64,000 nt of DNA, taken from contig JBMSEL010000007.1 of NCBI GenBank assembly GCA_049412325.1, positions 4,626 to 68,625 on the forward strand, written 5' to 3'. This DNA comes from Poseidonia sp. (GTDB lineage: Archaea > Thermoplasmatota > Poseidoniia > Poseidoniales > Poseidoniaceae). The notes beneath the pieces were generated by a model. The model saw nothing but the letters and a program-made list of their open reading frames with translations, was not told the DNA's origin and did not search any database. Position 1 is the stretch's first letter. Each line of letters starts with the position of its first letter. The position numbers were made by a program, and so were the translations under genes. Below, one piece after another: positions 29,210 through 39,285 of this stretch.

Positions 29210-30838
29210 ATGGTTCACGTTCTCGAAACCGGATTAGAATACATGGAAATCGACAACCCCACAGGCAAACCTGCTGTGAGGGGTTACAACATCATCAACG
29301 GCCAACTCACCTCGGCCAGCGACGCCTCTACCTTCGCCTCCACCAACCCGGCCCATTTAGCGGACTGCCTTGGTGAATTCCCGCTCTCCACCAGAGAGGA
29401 CGTTCGCAACGCCCTCCATGCCGCTCGCGATGCGTTCCCCGCATGGGCGGCCACACCGGCACCTACCCGAGGCCAAATCATCGGCAACATGGGCCGCCTT
29501 CTGATGGAACACAAGGACGCCCTCGTTGCCCTCGAAACACGCGAGATTGGAAAGACCCTCAAGGAGTCCGGTGGCGAAATTCAGGAAGCGATCGACACCT
29601 GTCTCTTCTTCCAGTCTGAAGGTCGGAGACTTTACGGGCAGACCGTCAACTCTGAACTTCCCGACAAGGAGCTGTTCACCTACCGTCGTCCGCTCGGTGT
29701 CTGCGGCATCATCAACGCCTGCAACTTCCCTTCAGCCGTGCCGTTCTGGAAGATGATTCCCGCCATCATGTGCGGCAACACCTGTGTGTGGAAGTCGCCG
29801 CAAGACGCCCCCCTGCTCTCGTTCGCCCTGGCTCGCATCATGCACGAAGCAGGCCTGCCTGACGGCGTCATCAACCTCGTTCACGGGAAAGGCAGCGGTG
29901 CTGGCCAATACCTTGTCGACGCCGTCGATGAGGGACTGGTCAACAAGATTTCCTTCACGGGTTCAACCGGCGTGGGCAAGATGATCGGCGAGGTTTGCGG
30001 CCGCAACCTCGTCTCTTGCTCGCTTGAGTTGGGTGGAAAGAACCCGCTCGTCGTCATGCCTTCGGCCGACCTCAACAACGCTGTGGAAGGCGCCTACTGG
30101 GGCGCATTCGGCACCGCCGGCCAACGCTGCACCAGCCTGGGCAACCTCATCCTTCACGAGGATGTTTACGACGAGTTCATGGAGAAATTCATGGCCAAGG
30201 TCAAGTCCACCCGCATTGGAAACTCGCTGGTGCACAAGGACGTGCTTTACGGCCCCATGCTCTCGGAAAAATACGCCAAGGATTTCCTTGCCGGCATCGA
30301 GATGGCCAAGGCCAGCGGTGCCACGCAAATCTGGGGCGAAGGTCCCATCACGGCGGACAGCGCACCTGAGAACTTCCTCGGCGATGCCAGCGAAGGCGTC
30401 TTCATGTGGCCGCACGTCTTTGTTGACGTTACCGAAGACATGGATTGTTTCCACGAGGAAATCTTCGGTCCCGTGGTCACCGTGGTCAAGGCGAAGGATT
30501 TCGACCACGCTCTCCACCTCGCCAACGCCAGCCCTTACGGTCTTTCATCCGCCATTTACACCAACGACCGCCTCGAAGCCTACCGCTACAAGACCGGCAT
30601 CAAGGCGGGCATGACGGGCATCAACAACTCCACCACTGGCGCTGAAGCCCACCTACCGTTTGGCGGTGTGAAGGGCTCAGGAAACGGAACCCGGGAATCG
30701 GGTATTTGGGTCATTGAGGCCTACTCCTACTGGCACGCTGTGAACGACGAACTCTCGGGCAAACTCCAACTCGCCCAAATGGACGTTGACGAGATCGAAA
30801 TGGTCGAAGCTGAAGTCAATTGGTCGGAATTGGCCTGA
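29210..30838 (+). CDS. Aldehyde dehydrogenase family protein
   Basis: FTGSTGVG, LELGGKNP, GTAGQRCTS (catalytic Cys), EEIFGPV and EAHLPFGGVKGSGNG motifs. Confidence 0.93.
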   Translation: MVHVLETGLEYMEIDNPTGKPAVRGYNIINGQLTSASDASTFASTNPAHLADCLGEFPLSTREDVRNALHAARDAFPAWAATPAPTRGQIIGNMGRLLMEHKDALVALETREIGKTLKESGGEIQEAIDTCLFFQSEGRRLYGQTVNSELPDKELFTYRRPLGVCGIINACNFPSAVPFWKMIPAIMCGNTCVWKSPQDAPLLSFALARIMHEAGLPDGVINLVHGKGSGAGQYLVDAVDEGLVNKISFTGSTGVGKMIGEVCGRNLVSCSLELGGKNPLVVMPSADLNNAVEGAYWGAFGTAGQRCTSLGNLILHEDVYDEFMEKFMAKVKSTRIGNSLVHKDVLYGPMLSEKYAKDFLAGIEMAKASGATQIWGEGPITADSAPENFLGDASEGVFMWPHVFVDVTEDMDCFHEEIFGPVVTVVKAKDFDHALHLANASPYGLSSAIYTNDRLEAYRYKTGIKAGMTGINNSTTGAEAHLPFGGVKGSGNGTRESGIWVIEAYSYWHAVNDELSGKLQLAQMDVDEIEMVEAEVNWSELA

Positions 30839-30933
30839 GATTCTTTCAAAAACGGCCTGCGGCTCAATGGTGAACCTCAAAGACCCTGCCCTTCTCGGAT
30901 AGCATGTCCCCATAGGGGACAGGGGGATTTTGA

Positions 30934-31752
30934 ATGGGTGAAGGGATTAAACTCCCGGTCCTAAACGGGCTCGGGCGTACCAATCGTATCGATAATTGGT
31001 GGAGCCAACCGATGGCCATGTTCATCGGACTCACCGCCGCACTGGTCTACACCTTCTGGCGCCTCTTCCTCTACGACGCTGACATTTCCTACGCCCTTCA
31101 CGGCAGCACGGTCATGTCGCCCATCTTTTCGCCCAACGTCCTCGAATGGAGCCTGTTCGGCCTCAACGAGTGGAACCACCCCGAATGGGTCAACGCCGCC
31201 ATCCTCGTGCTGTGGATTCCTTTCGGTTTCCGTGGCACTTGCTATTACATGCGCAGGGTATACTACCGCACCTTCTTCGCCAGCCCAACCGCTTGCTGGG
31301 TTGACGAGCCCGACATCAACAAGGCCATCGGCTACAAAGGCGAGAAGCGCTTGTTCATCTTCAACAACCTTCACCGCTATTTCCTCTACGCAGCCATGAT
31401 CATCCTGGTCATCAAGTGGTGGGACGTCACCCACACCATGCATTTCCACTCCACCACCCACGACGGCTACGGTGTCTCGATTGGAACGTTTGTCATGGCG
31501 ATTGAAGCCTTCCTGCTCACGATGTATGTCACCTCCTGCCACGCCCTGCGCCACTTGGCCGGTGGCATGCTCGACCGCTGGACCACCGGCATCAGCCGAG
31601 TGCGCGGCGTTTTGTTTGGCAAGATCAGCGTGCTGAACCGATCCCACGGATTCTGGTTCTGGACCTCCCTGACCTTCGTCTTCCTCGGCGACCTGTGGGT
31701 TTTGGCGGTCGCAGAAGGTCGATTGAGCGATATGGTGCTCTTTGTTGTGTGA
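30934..31752 (+). CDS. Succinate dehydrogenase membrane anchor (Rv0249c/SdhF-like)
   Basis: PFGFRGTCYYMRRVYYR, NNLHRYFLY and SCHALRHLAGG motifs as in the actinobacterial Sdh1 anchor; directly upstream of sdhA. Confidence 0.8.
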   Translation: MGEGIKLPVLNGLGRTNRIDNWWSQPMAMFIGLTAALVYTFWRLFLYDADISYALHGSTVMSPIFSPNVLEWSLFGLNEWNHPEWVNAAILVLWIPFGFRGTCYYMRRVYYRTFFASPTACWVDEPDINKAIGYKGEKRLFIFNNLHRYFLYAAMIILVIKWWDVTHTMHFHSTTHDGYGVSIGTFVMAIEAFLLTMYVTSCHALRHLAGGMLDRWTTGISRVRGVLFGKISVLNRSHGFWFWTSLTFVFLGDLWVLAVAEGRLSDMVLFVV

Positions 31753-31758
31753 GGTGAG

Positions 31759-33615
31759 ATGATGAGTGAGAAGATTACCGAACACGAATACGACGTCATT
31801 GTCATCGGAGCAGGTGGCGCCGGCCTCCGTGCCGCCATCGAAGCAGCCCGCAGCGGTGCCAAGACCGCCATCATCACGAAGTCCTTGCTGGGCAAGGCTC
31901 ACACGGTCATGGCCGAAGGGGGTTGTGCAGCAGCCTTGCAGAACGCAGACCCACGAGACGGTTGGAAAGTGCACTTCCACGATACGATGAAGGGCAGCAA
32001 GTGGCTCGCCAACTGGCGAATGGCCGAATTCCACGCCAAGGAAGCTCCCGACCGTGTTCGAGAACTCGAACAATGGGGTGCCGTGTTCGATCGTACACCG
32101 AAGAACCTCATCAACCAGCGAAACTTCGGAGGCCACACCTTCCCCCGTCTCGCTCACGTCGGCGACGCTACGGGCCTCGAGATCATCCGCACCCTCCAAG
32201 AGCGAGGCATTCACGAAGGGATTGACATCTTCATGGAATACACGGTTCGCACCCTGCTCAAGGAAGGCGACCGTGTCACTGGCTGTGTCGCCTACACCCG
32301 TGTTGACGGTGATATCCACGCGTTCTCCGCCAAATCAGTGGTGCTCGCCACCGGCGGCATCACACGCTGTTGGTCGGTGTGTTCTGGCTCGTGGGAATAC
32401 ACCGGCGACGGCCACGCTCTCGCCCTATGGGCAGGTGCAGAACTCCGCGACATGGAGTTCGTTCAATTCCACCCCACCGGGATGGTATGGCCTCCCTCTG
32501 TGCGCGGCATCCTGGTGACCGAAGGCGTTCGTGGCGAAGGCGGCCGCCTCACCAACAGCGAAGGCAGTCGATTCATGTTTGACTATGTGCCCGAGATGTT
32601 TGCCGGCGACCACGCCGACACCATCGAGGAAGCCGACCAATGGGTCGAAGAAGTCGTGAGCGGGAAGCTGGCGACCGTTCGCCGACCACCCGAACTCCTG
32701 ACCCGAGACGTCGTTGCCAAGGCCATCAACGAGGAGGTCAAAGCAGGCCGAGGCTCCCCTCACGGCGGTGCATTCCTCGACATTTCCCATCGCGGCGAGG
32801 AAGCCATCATGAAGAAACTCCCCTCGATGCACCACCAGTTCAAGGAACTCGCTGGGGTTGACATCAGCAAGGAACCCATGGAAGTTGGGCCTACCGCTCA
32901 CTACGTCATGGGTGGCGTCATCGTTGATGCAGAATCACAGGAGACCACGGTCCCTGGCCTCTTTGCCTGCGGCGAAGTGGCTTCAGGGCTGCACGGTGCC
33001 AACCGCCTCGGAGGTAACTCGCTCTCGGACCTCATCGTGTTCGGCAAGCGAGCAGGTGAATTCGCGGCCAAGCGAGCCAAAGATTTGGCTCAGCCCTCCA
33101 TCGACGAAGCCCAAGTGGGCAGGGCCATTGACGACATACTGGCCCCGCTTCAGCGAGACGGTGGAGAAAACCCTGGTGTCATCTACGACGAGATGCGCGA
33201 CATGATGCAGGCCAAAGTCGGCATCATCCGTACCAAGAGCGAACTCGAGGAAGCCCTCGAGGACATCAAGGCGTTCAAGGCACGAGCGCTCGCTTGCTCC
33301 TCGGGCACCTCCCGCAAGTACAACTCCGGATGGCACCAAGCCCTCGACCTCATCAACATGGCCGACGTGTCCCATGCTGCTACGCTTGCCGCCATCACCC
33401 GAGAGGAAAGCCGAGGCGGCCACACCCGGGATGATTTCCCAACACCAGAGGACGACTATTGGGGCAAGACCCTGAACGTCATCTGGATGGAAGACGGCGA
33501 GATGAAAATTCGACAGGAACCCGTTGAGGAAATTCGCGACGACCTCAAGGACGCCCTCACCGAGGTGAAGGCGATGATCGCTGAGCGCGCAGCAGAAGCA
33601 GGAGGTGGAAACTAA
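31759..33615 (+). CDS. sdhA: Succinate dehydrogenase/fumarate reductase flavoprotein
   Basis: IGAGGAG, AHTVMAEGG (FAD-linked His), QFHPTG, TEGVRGEGG, HYVMGG, HGANRLGGNSL and ESRGGHTR motifs. Confidence 0.95.
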   Translation: MMSEKITEHEYDVIVIGAGGAGLRAAIEAARSGAKTAIITKSLLGKAHTVMAEGGCAAALQNADPRDGWKVHFHDTMKGSKWLANWRMAEFHAKEAPDRVRELEQWGAVFDRTPKNLINQRNFGGHTFPRLAHVGDATGLEIIRTLQERGIHEGIDIFMEYTVRTLLKEGDRVTGCVAYTRVDGDIHAFSAKSVVLATGGITRCWSVCSGSWEYTGDGHALALWAGAELRDMEFVQFHPTGMVWPPSVRGILVTEGVRGEGGRLTNSEGSRFMFDYVPEMFAGDHADTIEEADQWVEEVVSGKLATVRRPPELLTRDVVAKAINEEVKAGRGSPHGGAFLDISHRGEEAIMKKLPSMHHQFKELAGVDISKEPMEVGPTAHYVMGGVIVDAESQETTVPGLFACGEVASGLHGANRLGGNSLSDLIVFGKRAGEFAAKRAKDLAQPSIDEAQVGRAIDDILAPLQRDGGENPGVIYDEMRDMMQAKVGIIRTKSELEEALEDIKAFKARALACSSGTSRKYNSGWHQALDLINMADVSHAATLAAITREESRGGHTRDDFPTPEDDYWGKTLNVIWMEDGEMKIRQEPVEEIRDDLKDALTEVKAMIAERAAEAGGGN

Positions 33616-34382
33616 TGTCCCTCAAAGGCACCAAACAATCGTTCAACATTCTACGCGGCGAAGGCGACGACGCCAAACTTCAGGCCTACGAACTGGAACT
33701 TGATGAGGGCATGGTCGTGCTTGACTGCCTGCATCGCATCCAACACGACCAAGAACCCGACATGGCGGTTCGCTGGAACTGCAAAGCCGGTAAGTGCGGC
33801 TCGTGTTCGGCTGAAATCAACGGTCGCCCTCGTCTGATGTGCATGACACGCATGAGCGACGTGGTCGCAGAAACCCCTGCAGGCCAACCCATTGAGATTC
33901 GACCGATGAAGACCTTCCCGCACGTCAAGGACCTGGTGACCGACGTGAGTTGGAACTACGACGTCGCTCAGCGAATCGCCCCCATCAACGGCCCTGAGTC
34001 GATGGATTGGGAGTTCAACCAAATGGAAGCCGACCGTGTGCAGCATTTCCGTGAATGCATCGAGTGTTTCCTGTGCGTCAACACCTGTCACGTGCTCCGA
34101 GACCACGAACTCTTCGATGATTTCGCTGGCCCACGCAACCTTGTTCGCTTGGCGCAGTACGAGATGCACCCGCTTGACACCGAGGACCGTGTTCCAGAGA
34201 TCAAGAAGGAATTCGGCGTTGAATACTGCAACATCACCCGATGTTGCACCGAAGTGTGTCCTGCTGGCATTCAGATCACGGACGATGCCATCATTCAGCT
34301 CAAGGAACGCGTGGTTGACCGCTACTACGACCCGCTGCAGCGGATCTGGCGCACCCTCACCCGCCAGAAGGTCCGCTATTGA
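33615..34382 (+). CDS. sdhB: Succinate dehydrogenase/fumarate reductase iron-sulfur subunit
   Basis: CKAGKCGSC...C, CIECFLCVNTC and CNITRCCTEVCP cluster motifs; TAATG overlap with sdhA. Confidence 0.95.
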   Translation: MSLKGTKQSFNILRGEGDDAKLQAYELELDEGMVVLDCLHRIQHDQEPDMAVRWNCKAGKCGSCSAEINGRPRLMCMTRMSDVVAETPAGQPIEIRPMKTFPHVKDLVTDVSWNYDVAQRIAPINGPESMDWEFNQMEADRVQHFRECIECFLCVNTCHVLRDHELFDDFAGPRNLVRLAQYEMHPLDTEDRVPEIKKEFGVEYCNITRCCTEVCPAGIQITDDAIIQLKERVVDRYYDPLQRIWRTLTRQKVRY

Positions 34383-34412
34383 CCATCGGTCAGCGTGTAT
34401 CAGAAAGAGGCG

Positions 34413-35303
34413 TCATCCCCGAGCGATGAGCCAGTCTCGTACCCAGGACTCTCCAAAGCCGTCGTAAACCACATTGGGTGGTTGGAGGGGCCGCACGATG
34501 ACCAGGATATCCAACTGGCCGCCCCACGAGGCTTTGGCAACCACCGAGACCTCACCGACCTTCGTCCCTTCCGGGTCTGAACCAAACGCCGTGGTGTTGA
34601 TGTTGTAGAACCTGTGCACCACCGTTTCAACATCGCCAGAATCCCAACTGCCGATGATGATGTCAATGGAGGACGGTGCCGGCTCGGGTTGCAGCGTGAT
34701 CTCCTCTGGGTTCAGACGCACGAACGGGACCTCCTCGTCAATCAACTCAATCGCTTGATGCAATCGACCGGTTTCCATGTTCATGAGCGAAGCAAGGGTG
34801 AGCGCCACCGTCTCAGCGCTCATCACGCCAGGTTGATGCGGGAGGCGCAATGTCATGGACAGCAGCACCTCAACATCCGAGGTGAACCACGTGTATTGCT
34901 GACCAGCAGGGTACATCGGTGCATGCGGGTTCTCGGTGAACAGAGGTTGGCCCCAATCCTCTGGAGAAACGGGCTGGGAAACAGGAAGAAAGCCGGTGGC
35001 CCCCATGCAAAGAACCGCTACACACAGCGCCAGCAATCGAGGCGTCCGCTGGACAGACCATTCTTGACGCCCTGCCGGACTCAGGATGGAAAGCAGCAAG
35101 AGCAAAGGAAGTGCCAACAACGCACCTGCCGGAACAACCCAAATGAGGACGGTGAAGGCCAGCGCCATGCGTACGCCGCCCACGCCAATGGCATCGGTCC
35201 AGTGGCCCCCTTCTTCATCCACGGCAGTACGCCGATGATGGAGGTACAGTGCAAGGCCTCCCCCCGCCAACGGAGCCAACGACTGGAGGACACCTTGCCA
35301 CAT
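34413..35303 (-). CDS. Hypothetical membrane protein
   Basis: 3-4 N-terminal hydrophobic helices plus a soluble domain; start uncertain. Confidence 0.55.
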   Translation of the reverse strand: MWQGVLQSLAPLAGGGLALYLHHRRTAVDEEGGHWTDAIGVGGVRMALAFTVLIWVVPAGALLALPLLLLLSILSPAGRQEWSVQRTPRLLALCVAVLCMGATGFLPVSQPVSPEDWGQPLFTENPHAPMYPAGQQYTWFTSDVEVLLSMTLRLPHQPGVMSAETVALTLASLMNMETGRLHQAIELIDEEVPFVRLNPEEITLQPEPAPSSIDIIIGSWDSGDVETVVHRFYNINTTAFGSDPEGTKVGEVSVVAKASWGGQLDILVIVRPLQPPNVVYDGFGESWVRDWLIARG

Positions 35304-35392
35304 CGTCACTACCACTGCTGTGTCATCACAAGCCCGCCATAGAGGTTCGCCTCTCGCCAAGGTTGATGCAAGGGTTTCCCGTGGGTTTGGTC

Positions 35393-36415
35393 ATGGCGGA
35401 GGCGGTTCTTTCCTTCCGGTCGGTCCAACACCGCCATGTCGTACCCGCCCCAAGGTTGACCAAACCGTGGGCCACACGGGAGGGGCCCGGTGTCGTTGGT
35501 GTCTCGCTCGACCTTCACGAAGGTGCCGTCTTGGGACTCATCGGACCGAACGGAGCAGGGAAAACGACGCTGCTGCGATTGATGGCGGGCATTCTTCCGA
35601 TTCAATCGGGTGAAATCAAAAGCCGATTTGATGGAACGACATGGACCGATGTGCATGATTTGCGCACTTTTGTTGGCCACATGCCCGAACAAGTTCGCTG
35701 GCAAGGGCGTGCAACGGTGCTGCACGCCCTCACACAACTCGGTGATATGCGCGGCACGTCGGCGAAGACCATCGAACGCTTGCTCGCATTGGTGGGATTG
35801 CGTAGCCGCCGTGATGAACCGCTCGACAACCTAAGTCAAGGCATGCGACAGCGCCTGTCCATCGCCGCCGCCCTGCTGGGCTCACCCAAGGTGCTGCTCC
35901 TCGATGAACCGTTCAACGGCCTTGACCCGGTCGCCGCGCAAGCCTTCGCGGCCCTGGTGAGGACCTTGGCCTCAAAGGGCGTCAGCGTCGTCATCTCCTC
36001 CCACATGGTCGCACAGCTTGAAGGATTGATCGACCGGATCGCTCTGCTTCATCGAGGGCAACTGCTCGACGAAGGACCTCTCGGTGAGGTCGAACAGCGG
36101 CTGGGCTTGAACGGCAGGTACGCCATCACGGGCACCGGCGAGGTGGACCCCAAGGTCTTGGTGAAAGAAAAGGACATCCTGACGTTTGAGCAGCGGGAAC
36201 ACGATTGGACACTGACCGTGAACGGACCCTCGACTGAAGCGTTGAAGGCGGCCGACCACAACGGTGTTGCCTTGACCTCCTGGGCGCCAGTTCGCCCGAA
36301 TTTGGTGGAATGGTTATGTGCGGCCACCGGGATGAGCGTGGATGACATCTCCCTGGAAGTTGCTTCGTCCGCTTTGTTGCCCATGCAATCGTTGGAGGTG
36401 CGTGAAGATGAGTGA
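35393..36415 (+). CDS. ABC transporter ATP-binding protein (ABC-2/CcmA type)
   Basis: GPNGAGKTT Walker A, LSQGMRQR signature, LLLDEP Walker B and SSH switch. Confidence 0.93.
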   Translation: MAEAVLSFRSVQHRHVVPAPRLTKPWATREGPGVVGVSLDLHEGAVLGLIGPNGAGKTTLLRLMAGILPIQSGEIKSRFDGTTWTDVHDLRTFVGHMPEQVRWQGRATVLHALTQLGDMRGTSAKTIERLLALVGLRSRRDEPLDNLSQGMRQRLSIAAALLGSPKVLLLDEPFNGLDPVAAQAFAALVRTLASKGVSVVISSHMVAQLEGLIDRIALLHRGQLLDEGPLGEVEQRLGLNGRYAITGTGEVDPKVLVKEKDILTFEQREHDWTLTVNGPSTEALKAADHNGVALTSWAPVRPNLVEWLCAATGMSVDDISLEVASSALLPMQSLEVREDE

Positions 36416-37238
36416 CCTTCAGCGAATTTTCAACGTCGCTGCACGAATTCGAAGGGAACGGTTGGCCGGCATTCGCCTGAAAATCATGATGCCCATCCTG
36501 TTACTGTTCCTCCCGGGCATGGCGTGGGGCTTTTCCGACCCCAACATCGTGCTCCCCGGTGGTCATCGTCCCGACACCGCCATGGAGGTCTTGTTCTATG
36601 CCTCGCTCGGCGTGGTGTTTGGTGCCACCATGTGCGCTGTGTTGATGGCCTTTGACGGCGTGAGCAAAGACCGAGCCAGCGGCATGCTCGAAGTCCGTTT
36701 GGCTCAGCCGATGCCACGACGCCACCAAGCGACGGCCCTCATCCTCGGCCACGCACAAAGCATCCTTCTTCCGGTGTACGTGTTGCTCGCTGCCGCCGTC
36801 GTGGTGGTCCGCCTTCGAATGGGTGAATGGCCAACCGTGGGTGAATTGTTGGTGTACGCTGTTTCAACCGGCCTCATCGTGGTGTGGTACACTTTGTTCG
36901 CCTTGCTGGCTTCAACCTCAGCAAAGGAACAGGGAACCGCCATTGCGTTTGGTGTCGGCGTGTGGTTCTTTTTCACCTTTCTTTGGGCCTTGGTGACCAC
37001 CATGGTGGCTTATGCGTCCGGCGTTGCGGTTGGGGAAGCCAACGACCCTGCATGGGTCGCGCTCGAAGGCATGCTGGACTTGCTGTCGCCCAACGGCGTC
37101 TACCATCACCTCTTGGAAACCCAACTTCCAACGGTTGACCGTGGCGTTGCAGTGTGGCAATCATGGTTCGCAGCCCTGCTATGGACGGCGGTGCCTTGGT
37201 GGGCCCTCCACCGGCGCATGGAACGCCTTGTTCCGTGA
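36408..37238 (+). CDS. ABC-2 type permease
   Basis: 6 TM helices, AFDGVSKDRASGMLEVRLAQP motif, overlap with the ATPase gene and a GGAGGTG SD site. Confidence 0.85.
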   Translation: MSDLQRIFNVAARIRRERLAGIRLKIMMPILLLFLPGMAWGFSDPNIVLPGGHRPDTAMEVLFYASLGVVFGATMCAVLMAFDGVSKDRASGMLEVRLAQPMPRRHQATALILGHAQSILLPVYVLLAAAVVVVRLRMGEWPTVGELLVYAVSTGLIVVWYTLFALLASTSAKEQGTAIAFGVGVWFFFTFLWALVTTMVAYASGVAVGEANDPAWVALEGMLDLLSPNGVYHHLLETQLPTVDRGVAVWQSWFAALLWTAVPWWALHRRMERLVP

Positions 37239-37283
37239 AGGAATCATCCAATGCTTCATGAAGGCGAAAGTCAAGGGAATGCT

Positions 37284-39236
37284 ATGGCACGCCGATTGAC
37301 CGCACCGATGCTCGCCTTCCTCATCACGTTCGTTTTGCTTGGCGTGACCTCAGCCCCAGTCTTCACCGATGCAGCCGATTCCGCTGTGGTTTCCTCCACT
37401 CAAGGACGTCAAGATACACTTGACGTGGATTGCAGCGGGTACTCATTTGAAGACCTCTTCGAGTATGATTTTGCGCTGTTTGAACTCGATGTGCTCGACG
37501 ACTGGGCCACCGGCGACATGTTCGCTAACGCCTGGGTGAACGGCTCAAACTCAGCCATTGTTCGCGATAACCTTGACGGGCTCTTCGAGGGGCTGCCGGG
37601 AGGCGACAACGACTGGATCAGTACCGACGAGCGAGACGCTGTTCGCAGCATCGGACCCAAGTGCATCGCCGACATGGAAACCCGACTTGGCATGCGGGAA
37701 GGCATCCCTCACTCGGGTGGCGTGGATTGGAACGACTTTGAGTTCGTTGAGGACGGCATCGGCCTTGACGAGGTGAACCTCGTTCCCGAAGGCCATCCTG
37801 ACGCCCGAACATGCACCAATTTTGGTGCAGCGGCCGACTGCAAAGAAGTGCCCACCTCAACCACCGATGACATGGAGATCAGCCTCTCGGTAGCCGACGG
37901 CCAGGCCAACAACGTGCGCTGGGACCAACTCCCGAACAGTGGCGTGTCCAACTTTACGCTGGCCATGAACATCAGCAACATGAGCAACGCCGCCCTTGTC
38001 GTGACTTTCCCTGTGCTGCAGGGCCTGCGAATGTATGATTTCCGCGTCACCGACAACCAACCTGCCAGTGGCCAAACCTGTGATCATATTGGCCAACCCT
38101 CCTTCATGTACCTCCCCGATGGGGCCCTCCGAGTCACCCAACTCGTCAACTTTGATCGAACCCAATGGGATTTGTACTGTGATATGTTCATGGATTTCAC
38201 CACCCAAGAGCCAGCGACGAACGACGTACCCGCTTGGACGGATGAGGCTCCAGCCAACGGCACGGTCGTGCCCACCTCCGGAACGGGCACGTGGCGGTTT
38301 GCCTCGGCCGATGTTGGAAACGCTTGGGCTGCCGATGAAAACGGCTGGTCGCTTCAATGCACCTTTGATGAAGCCGGCTGGAGTGTTTCCACCAACGTCA
38401 TCGGTGATTTCTTTGTCACCCAGCCCGCCGAGTCTACACAAGCCACAGCGAGCTGTTTGCCGGTGGACCCCTTGGGGGCCGTCGATGAAAACAACACGCG
38501 AACCTGGACCTTCGGAACGCTCTACACCGCCACAGCCACCGTGGACGATGACGGCAAGACCGCTCGGTTGACCATCACCTCCACCGGCTTGGTCAACGAA
38601 TTCCTGTTCTCTGCTCGCGCCGTTCAAGACGGTCAGATGGGCGGCGCCGGCGAAACGATCACCGTAGCCGCAGCACCGACGGTGACCGCCGTTTCCCTGC
38701 AGAGCATTCGCCCCGGAACGTTCGCTTTCGCCGTGATGGCCGAGGCCAGCAACATGCTGGACCATCAGGCTGACCTCGCCCTTGGTCTCACCAAACCAAA
38801 CTCACCGCCCGTCGTCTCTGTCGCTGTGAACTTCGACGGGGAGAACGCCACATGGGACGAGAGTCAACTCAAATTCGAGATGTACGGCTTGGTCTCTGAC
38901 CCCGACCTTGAAGCCGTCACGATGAGCCTCACCATCTGTGGAGCGGACTACCAAGGGTTCAACATCGACGGCATCAACTGGGTCGTGGAAGTCTCCACCG
39001 CCATCTGCCTCGCCAACGGCTTGACCAATTACGATGTGCTCATCACTGCGGTTGATGAATCCGGTGCTAGCACGCAACTTGCTGTCAGCATCCCCAGCCC
39101 CGTTTCCGAGGAACCACCTGAAGTGGCCCCGCCACTGGTTGACGATGAAAGCGGTGCCCTCCCGTCTCTCTCGTTCCTGGCCACGCTCACGATGCTCGGC
39201 GCCGCCATGCTGCTTCAGCGACGGAAGCCTGAGTGA
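37284..39236 (+). CDS. Secreted, C-terminally anchored acidic surface protein
   Basis: Signal peptide, Asp/Thr-rich beta-rich body, Pro/Glu linker and C-terminal LPSLS + TM + RRK sorting-like tail. Confidence 0.75.
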   Translation: MARRLTAPMLAFLITFVLLGVTSAPVFTDAADSAVVSSTQGRQDTLDVDCSGYSFEDLFEYDFALFELDVLDDWATGDMFANAWVNGSNSAIVRDNLDGLFEGLPGGDNDWISTDERDAVRSIGPKCIADMETRLGMREGIPHSGGVDWNDFEFVEDGIGLDEVNLVPEGHPDARTCTNFGAAADCKEVPTSTTDDMEISLSVADGQANNVRWDQLPNSGVSNFTLAMNISNMSNAALVVTFPVLQGLRMYDFRVTDNQPASGQTCDHIGQPSFMYLPDGALRVTQLVNFDRTQWDLYCDMFMDFTTQEPATNDVPAWTDEAPANGTVVPTSGTGTWRFASADVGNAWAADENGWSLQCTFDEAGWSVSTNVIGDFFVTQPAESTQATASCLPVDPLGAVDENNTRTWTFGTLYTATATVDDDGKTARLTITSTGLVNEFLFSARAVQDGQMGGAGETITVAAAPTVTAVSLQSIRPGTFAFAVMAEASNMLDHQADLALGLTKPNSPPVVSVAVNFDGENATWDESQLKFEMYGLVSDPDLEAVTMSLTICGADYQGFNIDGINWVVEVSTAICLANGLTNYDVLITAVDESGASTQLAVSIPSPVSEEPPEVAPPLVDDESGALPSLSFLATLTMLGAAMLLQRRKPE

Positions 39237-39285
39237 TACCGACAACACCAAAAGCACTTGGCCGCAGGATTGAACAGGTCTAGAG

